In this document: piece by piece, positions 8,051 through 14,880 of the stretch
Numbering within the stretch: position 1 is the stretch's first letter
Layout of the letters: each line of letters opens with the position of its first letter
Assembly (NCBI GenBank): GCA_900753315.1
Contig: CAADYP010000018.1
Span: 43,497-107,496 of the forward strand
DNA length: 64,000 nt
Source: Clostridia bacterium
Lineage (GTDB): Bacteria > Bacillota > Clostridia > Christensenellales > UBA1242
Reading direction: 5' to 3'
Notes under the pieces: generated by a model
What the model saw: the letters and a program-made list of their open reading frames with translations, nothing else
The model's database searches: none
Told to the model about the DNA's origin: nothing
Position numbers and translations under genes: made by a program

Positions 8051-9385
8051 TTATTTATCTTTTCTTCTGTAATCAACGACAACTTCTTCTTTTTCTTGTT
8101 TTTTCTTGTTGTCAGCAGCAAGCCATTTTCTTACTACCCAAGTTGTGAAAGGTGTCAATGCGATATTTACAACTTGTCCAACAATCAAATAGATTGCAAA
8201 CAAACTTGTATACATAAATGTGAAGAGACCGATAATCAATGGCATCATGAAATACATAAACTTTGAGCCACCTGGGTTTTGTCCAGGAGTAGCGGCTGTA
8301 TTTTTGTTTTTCATCAATTTGTTTGAAAGCCAAATTGACAAGAATGAAGTCAAAACTGCAATGATTGTCAAAATGTAATAACCATTTTTCTCTTGTTTGA
8401 TTTCTTTCAAACTTGCGTTTTCACCAATAACACAATCAAAAATCTTTCCTTCATAGTCGTTTGCTTTTTCAGTTTCTTTTTCTTCTGCACTATAATATTT
8501 TGAAAGATAAGTTGTTATTTCTTTCTTTGTGAAAAGTGGACTTGTTGGAGATTCTGGTCTATAAATATTTTTAATCCACAAAAATGATTCTTGCTTTTCT
8601 TGAAAATATTGTTTGGCAGCCTCTTCTGCAAGTGTTTTGAAAATATCATTAAATCCTGTGTCTGTGTTATATTCCAAAGCAGTTGTTTCTCCTTCACCAG
8701 GATCTGGAGTTGGAGATAGTTCTTCTTTTGCAATAACATAATTATTCAAAAGTTCAAAAATATCTTCGTTTGTCCAATTTGTCTTGTTTTCATATCTAAA
8801 TTCTGCATTTCCATCGTTCTGCTTTTTTATTGTCACAACAAGTTGGTTTGTTTCAACATCAATATCTGCACTCAAACTATATTCTTGTCCAGCAAGTGAA
8901 GTGAGTTCGTTTTTCAAGGCTGTGTCTTTATTCAAAACAATGACATTTGCATAGACATTTTTCATGTTTTCATATTTTTCTGCAATGTTGTAGTTTGAAA
9001 CTGCTTGAAGAGAATTCCACAAAGTCAAAAACACAGTAAATTGCAAAATCATTGCCACAAGCATTGGGAGACAACTACTCATCATCGAAAATTGATATTT
9101 CTTATAAATTTCGTTTGTCTTTTGTTGCATCAATCTTTGGTCATAACCATATTTCTTTTGTATTGCTTCAAGTTCTGGTTTCATCTTGTTGTTGATGTCA
9201 GCATTTTTCATGTTAACTTTCTTGTTTACAATATCCACAAGTGCAAAGAGAACTCTAACAATCAATGCTACCAAAATAACCGCAACTATATATGTTCCGG
9301 TTCCGTTTTTAAAAGCATTCAATATAGATTCCCAAAAACCAGTAGGCTGTTTCAATGTAACAAGGGCAGTACTTATAAAATCCAT
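8051..9385 (-). CDS. yidC: YidC/Oxa1-family membrane insertase with a ~210-aa insertion in the TM2-TM3 loop
   Basis: 444 aa, last gene of the rpmH-rnpA-yidD-yidC cluster. It has the YidC C1 hairpin (MKPELEAIQKKYGYDQRLMQQKTNEIYKKY), conserved TM cores and a Lys-rich C-tail. Confidence 0.85.
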   Translation of the reverse strand: MDFISTALVTLKQPTGFWESILNAFKNGTGTYIVAVILVALIVRVLFALVDIVNKKVNMKNADINNKMKPELEAIQKKYGYDQRLMQQKTNEIYKKYQFSMMSSCLPMLVAMILQFTVFLTLWNSLQAVSNYNIAEKYENMKNVYANVIVLNKDTALKNELTSLAGQEYSLSADIDVETNQLVVTIKKQNDGNAEFRYENKTNWTNEDIFELLNNYVIAKEELSPTPDPGEGETTALEYNTDTGFNDIFKTLAEEAAKQYFQEKQESFLWIKNIYRPESPTSPLFTKKEITTYLSKYYSAEEKETEKANDYEGKIFDCVIGENASLKEIKQEKNGYYILTIIAVLTSFLSIWLSNKLMKNKNTAATPGQNPGGSKFMYFMMPLIIGLFTFMYTSLFAIYLIVGQVVNIALTPFTTWVVRKWLAADNKKKQEKEEVVVDYRRKDK

Positions 9386-9636
9386 AAGTTTTCTCCTTTT
9401 ATATTTATAGGAACTGGGTCATACCCTCTCTTCTTTTGCCAAGGAACACATCTAAACAATCTTTTAATTCCAATCCAAACGCCTTTAAAAATTCCAAACT
9501 CTTTGACTGCTTTTATCATATAATTTGAGCAGGTCGGAGTAAAGATACAGCAGTGTGGAAGAAGTGGAGAGATTGCATATTTATAAAAATACACTGGGAA
9601 AAGAACAATGTTTCTAAGAATTTTTTTTGCTTTCAT
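9373..9636 (-). CDS. yidD: Membrane protein insertion efficiency factor YidD
   Basis: 87 aa with the motif FTPTCSNYMIKAVKEFGIFKGVWIGIKRLFRCVPW..GYDPVP. It overlaps rnpA and yidC. Confidence 0.9.
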   Translation of the reverse strand: MKAKKILRNIVLFPVYFYKYAISPLLPHCCIFTPTCSNYMIKAVKEFGIFKGVWIGIKRLFRCVPWQKKRGYDPVPINIKGENLWIL

Positions 9637-9952
9637 ATTTTTTAAATAGAAAAGTCAATTCTTTTTGAATTTGCTCAAAAGAAAGATCAGTTGCATTTTC
9701 TTTTGCCAAAACTACATAATTGAAATAAGACAAAACATTTATACTTGTTCGAGTTATTTCTCTCATTCTTCTTTTGAGAAGATTTCTTTTGTTTGCTTTT
9801 CCCAGTTTTTTGTTTATAGAAAAACCAATTTTATAATTTTCATACTTGCTTTTTACAGCAAACAAGGTGAAGTGTTCTGTATGAACTCTCTCACCTTTTT
9901 TATAAACATAATTAAATTGGCTGTTTTTTCTAAGTCTGTGATCCATATTCAT
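9614..9952 (-). CDS. rnpA: Ribonuclease P protein component
   Basis: 112-aa basic protein immediately downstream of rpmH. The RLRKNSQFNYVYKKG motif is typical of RnpA. Confidence 0.85.
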   Translation of the reverse strand: MNMDHRLRKNSQFNYVYKKGERVHTEHFTLFAVKSKYENYKIGFSINKKLGKANKRNLLKRRMREITRTSINVLSYFNYVVLAKENATDLSFEQIQKELTFLFKKYESKKNS

Positions 9953-9954
9953 CC

Positions 9955-10089
9955 TTAAGCGGCGATGTGTTTTCTACCTCTATTTCTACGTCTCTTCAAA
10001 GTTTTTCTTCCACCTTGTGTCTTCATTCTTTGACGGAAACCATGAACTTTTTGTCTTTGTCTTTTTTTAGGTTGGTATGTTCTTTTCAT
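9955..10089 (-). CDS. rpmH: 50S ribosomal protein L34
   Basis: Below the ORF-track size cutoff. Reverse-strand translation is [44 protein letters not shown] (44 aa), with an RBS AAGGAGAAAAA upstream. Confidence 0.95.
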   Translation of the reverse strand: MKRTYQPKKRQRQKVHGFRQRMKTQGGRKTLKRRRNRGRKHIAA

Positions 10090-10191
10090 TTTTTTCTCCT
10101 TAATTTCTTTTGCATAAAATCCTATTGCAAAATGGTTTACGCCTTATTATATAAGATAAATTTTTTTTTGTCAACCGCAAATGAACTCTTT

Positions 10192-10220
10192 TTTATAATA
10201 ATTGGCTCACTTTGTGTCAA
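10192..10220 (-). promoter_or_regulatory. Candidate sigma-A promoter of the rpmH operon
   Basis: Minus strand TTGACA (10220-10215), 17-bp spacer, TATAAA (10197-10192). Confidence 0.5.
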
Positions 10221-10269
10221 TAAATCAACAATTTTTTCGCATTTATTTATATAACAAAAAAATTGACTA

Positions 10270-10298
10270 TTGACAACCTCAAATACTGGTGTTATAAT
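10270..10298 (+). promoter_or_regulatory. Consensus sigma-A promoter for the small ORF at 10326
   Basis: TTGACA (10270-10275), 17-bp spacer, TG-extended TATAAT (10293-10298). Confidence 0.7.
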
Positions 10299-10325
10299 TT
10301 TAATATAACAAGGGGGATAAATAAT

Positions 10326-10613
10326 ATGAGAAGCTTGAAAAGCAAAAAAATCTGCAAGATGTCTGATGCTGAATTGGAAGAATATTCTGTTTTGAATGTT
10401 GGAATGAGAAAAGCTGCAAGTCTTGAAGCGGGCACTCTTTATAGAAGAGACAAAGAAAACAGAGATAATTCTCTCAAAGAAAGAAATGAAATTTCAAAAT
10501 CTATTTCAAAAAAGAGAAAAGCAATCAAAGCCGCAGAAAAAGCAGAACGCCAAAAAATTTTTGATGACCATGTTGCTGAACTTAAAATTATGGCTGCAGA
10601 ATTTGTTTTATAA
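10326..10613 (+). CDS. Hypothetical small Lys/Glu-rich protein (95 aa)
   Basis: ORF 10263..10613 trimmed to the ATG at 10326 (RBS AAGGGGGA). It has a consensus promoter upstream and a terminator downstream. No family recognised. Confidence 0.5.
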   Translation: MRSLKSKKICKMSDAELEEYSVLNVGMRKAASLEAGTLYRRDKENRDNSLKERNEISKSISKKRKAIKAAEKAERQKIFDDHVAELKIMAAEFVL

Positions 10614-10637
10614 TTTAAAATTTCAAATTAAAAGAAA

Positions 10638-10668
10638 AACACCAAAAACAAAATTTGGTGTTTTTTTA
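10638..10668 (+). terminator. Rho-independent terminator
   Basis: CACCAAA-aacaaaa-TTTGGTG followed by TTTTTTT. Confidence 0.7.
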
Positions 10669-10705
10669 TTATTAAATATTTTTTTCTTTCGAAAATTTCA
10701 GTCTA

Positions 10706-11806
10706 TTAACCAATCATACGAACAGGCAAAATCAAATACAAGAATTCGTCTCCTTCAACAGGAACAATAACACATGGGTTTGCAGGAGAATTGAAACAAA
10801 TTTTTACAAACTCATCATTATTTGCTTTCAAGTTTTCAATGAAATATCTTGCATTGAAAGCAATCAAAAGTTCTTTTCCTGTCATGTTTACTGGAACATT
10901 TTCTTTGACGTTTCCAAGTTCTGAATTTGAAGTGATGCAAAGATTTTTTTCTTTAACTTCAAACTTTACACAATTTCCTTGTCCAACCTTTGAAAGGAGT
11001 GAAGCTCTTTCCAAAGCGTCTTCAAATTGTTCTTTGTTTATTACACAAATTGTTTCATAGTTTGCAGCGATGATTTGTTTGTAGTTTACAAAATCACCTT
11101 CCAAAAGTCTTGTTGTAAGTTTTGTATCTCCAAAGTCAACCATCAAAGTGCTTTTGTCAACATAAACATTTACAATGTCATCACTATCATCCAAAAGTCT
11201 TGAAATTTCTGCCAAACTTCTTGCAGGGATAACAATGCTCATTGTCAAATTTGAAATGATGTTTTTCTTTACTTTTGCAAGTCTGTATCCGTCAAGGGCG
11301 ATTGCATTCAAAGAATTTTTGTCGATATCAAAAAGCACACCTTTCAAAATTGGTCTTGAATCGTCAACAGCAACAGAGAAAATTGTTTTGTTTATTATTG
11401 TCTTTAAATCTTTTTTGCTTATTCCAAAATATTCAAGGCTCTCAATTTTTTTGAATGATGGATATTCCAAAACGTTATAGCATTGAATGATACTTTGGCT
11501 GTCGTCATATTTGATAATCATTTGATTTTTTTCGTTCAATTCAAGTTCTATCATTTCATTTGTGAGTTTCTTTATAAACTCTGTGATAAACTTTCCAGGA
11601 ACAACAGCTTCACCTTCAGTTTTAATGTTCGCTTTGATTTTTTTCTCGATTGAAAGTTCTGTATCAGTAGCACTGAAAGTAAGCGTGTCATCTTCTGCTA
11701 CGATTTTGATCCCTTCCAAAATTGGATTTGTTATTTTGTTTGAAATTGCTTTGCTTACGCTCATGAAAGCATCAGAAAGTTCTATTCCATGACATGATAC
11801 CAACAT
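10706..11806 (-). CDS. dnaN: DNA polymerase III beta sliding clamp
   Basis: 366 aa with a typical DnaN N-terminus (..LSDAFMSVSKAISNKITNPILEGIKIVAEDDTLTFSATD) and C-terminus (LYLILPVRM). It lies next to dnaA. Confidence 0.95.
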   Translation of the reverse strand: MLVSCHGIELSDAFMSVSKAISNKITNPILEGIKIVAEDDTLTFSATDTELSIEKKIKANIKTEGEAVVPGKFITEFIKKLTNEMIELELNEKNQMIIKYDDSQSIIQCYNVLEYPSFKKIESLEYFGISKKDLKTIINKTIFSVAVDDSRPILKGVLFDIDKNSLNAIALDGYRLAKVKKNIISNLTMSIVIPARSLAEISRLLDDSDDIVNVYVDKSTLMVDFGDTKLTTRLLEGDFVNYKQIIAANYETICVINKEQFEDALERASLLSKVGQGNCVKFEVKEKNLCITSNSELGNVKENVPVNMTGKELLIAFNARYFIENLKANNDEFVKICFNSPANPCVIVPVEGDEFLYLILPVRMIG

Positions 11807-12194
11807 TTGTTTTTGCTCCTTTATGGTCGTGTTATTTTTCTGTTAAATTTGAGAAATCCCAAATTCATTTACAATGCCATTATAACACAAAACCACAAAA
11901 AGTCAAAGAGTATATGACAAGATTTTCCAATAATTTTTTCTTTCTTTTTTGAGAGCGTGCGCATGCACTTTAATTTATTATTTTGAAAATTTTGTTTAAA
12001 TAATATCACTCTTAATAAGCCGATGTGGAAATGTGTATAACTTGCAGGTTGTTTTGAAATTTTACTATATATAGTGTTTTTGATTGATAAAAATTACTAA
12101 ATATTCTAAAATTCGACATCATTTAAATGTGCACAACTTTGGGGATAATCAAGATTTTTTATGCACATCTTATCCACATGATGTAGATAACTTT
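11807..12194. promoter_or_regulatory. Candidate oriC (dnaA-dnaN intergenic): DnaA-box cluster plus an AT-rich unwinding region
   Basis: Perfect DnaA box TTATCCACA at 12170-12178. One-mismatch boxes sit at 12159-12167 (TTATGCACA), 12182-12190 (TGTAGATAA), 12140-12148 (TGGGGATAA) and 12032-12040 (TGTGTATAA). A two-mismatch box is at 12025-12033. The AT-rich tract at ~11969-12019 is a candidate DUE. Confidence 0.7.
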
Positions 12195-13556
12195 TTATGA
12201 GAGTGTTAAAGAATTTTTTATTTCATTTACAAGTGTTTGTGTCTTTTTGTTAACTTTGAGGTCTTGAGAAATTTTGTCTCTTGAGTGCATGATTGTTGTG
12301 TGGTCTCTTCCGCCAAAAATTTTGCCAATGTTGACAAGTGGAAGATTCAAAAGTTCACTAATAAGATAGATAGCAATCATTCTAGGTTCAACAATCTCTT
12401 TGTTTTTTTTCTTTCCAATAATATCTTGATAAGAGATATTGAAATAGTCACAAACGACAGAGATAATTTTGTCTGGAGTAAGGTCATTTTTGAGTTCTTC
12501 TTTTTGATTTGAAAAAATGTCTTTAACTTCGTCCATTGTCGCAATTTTTTTCCCTGATAAAGTTGCCAAGAAATAAACTTCTGAAAGTTTGCCTTCAAGT
12601 TCTCTTATGTTTGTGTCGATGTGTTCGGCAATATAATTTATAACTTCATCTTCTGCATAATATTTTTCAAGTTGACTCTTCTTATGTAAAATTGCAATAC
12701 GAGTTTCAATATCAGGTTTTTGAATGTCATGAATAAGTCCACTTGCAAAGCGGGTACGGAGCCTGTCTTCCAAAGTTGCAATTTCCTTTGGTGGTCTATC
12801 AGAACATATGATTACTTGTTTGTTGCTCAATGTCATTTCATTGAAAGTGTGGAAAAACTCTTCTTGAGTTTCTTTTTTGTTTGAAATAAATTGAATATCA
12901 TCTACCATCAGGACATCAAGGTTTCTGTATTTTTCTCTAAATTCTATGATAGCTTTGTTTTTTGTAGATGAATACAAAGAAGAAATATAGTCATTTGTAA
13001 ATTGTTCACAAGTTACATATTTTATTTTCAAATTTGGTTCAAACTCTCTTATATAGTTTCCAATGGCGTGCAAAAGATGAGTTTTTCCAAGTCCAGAACT
13101 TCCGTAAATAAAAAGAGGGTTATATCTTTTGCCAGGATGTTCGGCAACAGTTCTTGCAGCGGCATAAACAAATTGGTTACTTTTTCCTACAACAAAGTTG
13201 TCAAAAGTAAATTTTTCAACAAATGGATTTTTTTCATCTTTTGCAGAATTATCTTTTTCTTCAACTTTGTTGTTTTTGAGATATTCAATTTCTTCATTTG
13301 GATCAAGAACAACAATTTTCATTGGTTTTCCAACGACTTCGAAGCAACAATCACTGATTTTATCCATAAAATTTCTTCCAATTTGATTTTTTGCCGAAAT
13401 TGATTGTGCTGCTATGATGAAATTGTCTTTGTCGTCAATTTCAATTGGTTTGATAGTTTTTATCCAAAGCATAAAAGAAACTGATGAGATTCGAAGTTCG
13501 AGTTTTTCCAAAATTTGTTGCCATATAATGGTGATATCTTGCATAATTTTCTCCAT
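12195..13556 (-). CDS. dnaA: Chromosomal replication initiator protein DnaA
   Basis: 453 aa with AAA+ Walker A (GSSGLGKTHLLHAIGN), Walker B (LDVLMVDDIQF) and the C-terminal DnaA-box-binding motif (FGGRDHTTIMHSRDKI). Confidence 0.97.
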   Translation of the reverse strand: MEKIMQDITIIWQQILEKLELRISSVSFMLWIKTIKPIEIDDKDNFIIAAQSISAKNQIGRNFMDKISDCCFEVVGKPMKIVVLDPNEEIEYLKNNKVEEKDNSAKDEKNPFVEKFTFDNFVVGKSNQFVYAAARTVAEHPGKRYNPLFIYGSSGLGKTHLLHAIGNYIREFEPNLKIKYVTCEQFTNDYISSLYSSTKNKAIIEFREKYRNLDVLMVDDIQFISNKKETQEEFFHTFNEMTLSNKQVIICSDRPPKEIATLEDRLRTRFASGLIHDIQKPDIETRIAILHKKSQLEKYYAEDEVINYIAEHIDTNIRELEGKLSEVYFLATLSGKKIATMDEVKDIFSNQKEELKNDLTPDKIISVVCDYFNISYQDIIGKKKNKEIVEPRMIAIYLISELLNLPLVNIGKIFGGRDHTTIMHSRDKISQDLKVNKKTQTLVNEIKNSLTLS

Positions 13557-13719
13557 TTAAGTAATAACAGTTTTTTAGTCACAAAAAAAACGACTTTTTC
13601 TTTTAAAATACCATAAAACAAGAAAAAATCAACATGTTTTTACAAAAAAATTATAAGTTGAAAAAAATAAATTGTCAAGCAAGTTTGAAATATAAAAAAT
13701 TTGTGCTAAAATAGGTTAG

Positions 13720-14805
13720 ATGAAAATAGAAACTCTAGCAATTCAAAACTTTAGAAATTACAAAAACCTTCAAACAAACTTTGATGAGAAGGTTAATATT
13801 TTTATCGGCAAAAATGCACAAGGAAAGACAAATTTGCTTGAAAGCATTTTTTATTGTTGTATTGGAAAGAGTTTTAAATCTTGCAAGGACAAAGAACTTA
13901 TCAAATGGGGAGAAGAATTTTCAGAGATAAAAATTGTCGCAAGCAAAAAATATAGAGATATTGAAATTGACATAAAAATTTTCAAAAATCAAAAGAAAGT
14001 TATTCAAATAAACAAACTCCCAATAAGAAAGATTGGAGAACTCATTGGTGAAATAAACATTGTTTTCTTTTCGCCACAAGAATTGAAACTTGTCAGAGAA
14101 AGTCCAGAGGAAAGACGAAAATTTATGGATATTGACATTTCCCAAAATAATAAAAGATATTTTTATCAACTTTCTAGATATGAAAAAATTTTGGCAAATA
14201 GAAACAAACTCCTCAAAAACAGTCAAAACATTGATGTTGTCAAAGAAACTATTGATATCTGGGACAGAGCACTGATTGCGTCTGCAAAAATGATTGCGTT
14301 TGAAAGAGAAAAATTTGTAAATCAAATTATACCTTACGCACAAAAAGCACATTCTTATATAAGTGGTGGAAAAGAGAATTTGTCTCTTACTTACAAATGC
14401 GGGTGTGGAATTTCACTTGATGAAAAATTTGAAATAAATATGGATAAAATTTTAAAGAAAAATTTGGAAAAGGATTTCAAATTAGGATACACAAGCATTG
14501 GAGTTCACAGAGACGACATTGATATTTATTTAAATGATGTGGAAGTTAAAAATTTTGGATCTCAAGGACAACAAAGAACCGTTGCTCTTTCACTTAAACT
14601 TGCCGAACTTGAAAATATGTTTAACATAAATGGAGAATATCCAATTTTGCTTTTGGACGATGTTTTCAGTGAACTCGACATTGATAGACAAAGAAGGCTT
14701 CTTAAATTTGTTGACCGCACACAAACTTTTATAACTTGCACAGACGAGAGAAAGCTTGAAGGAACTCTTTTCTATATAAAAGATGGAAAAATTGAAAAAA
14801 CATAA
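13720..14805 (+). CDS. recF: DNA replication and repair protein RecF
   Basis: 361 aa. N-terminus MKIETLAIQNFRNY, Walker A GKNAQGKTNLLESI, signature-like SQGQQRTVALSLKLAE and Walker B LLLDDVFSELD. Confidence 0.95.
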   Translation: MKIETLAIQNFRNYKNLQTNFDEKVNIFIGKNAQGKTNLLESIFYCCIGKSFKSCKDKELIKWGEEFSEIKIVASKKYRDIEIDIKIFKNQKKVIQINKLPIRKIGELIGEINIVFFSPQELKLVRESPEERRKFMDIDISQNNKRYFYQLSRYEKILANRNKLLKNSQNIDVVKETIDIWDRALIASAKMIAFEREKFVNQIIPYAQKAHSYISGGKENLSLTYKCGCGISLDEKFEINMDKILKKNLEKDFKLGYTSIGVHRDDIDIYLNDVEVKNFGSQGQQRTVALSLKLAELENMFNINGEYPILLLDDVFSELDIDRQRRLLKFVDRTQTFITCTDERKLEGTLFYIKDGKIEKT

Positions 14806-14880
14806 AATAGATTTCTAATAATTGTTGATTATTAAGAAAAAATATTTTATAATGAATTTAAAGAAAGAAGGAGAGATAAT

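Noticed and set aside
8112-9523. ORFs overlapping yidC/yidD on either strand (for example 9005..9523(+), 172 aa)
   Set aside because: They are embedded in or antisense to the conserved yidC/yidD genes. Their translations are low-complexity with no start-site signals.
13557-13719. dnaA-recF intergenic spacer as the origin or a second DnaA-box cluster
   Set aside because: No 9-mer within two mismatches of TTATCCACA was found by eye. The spacer mainly contains promoter-like elements, such as a TG-extended TGCTAAAAT just upstream of recF.
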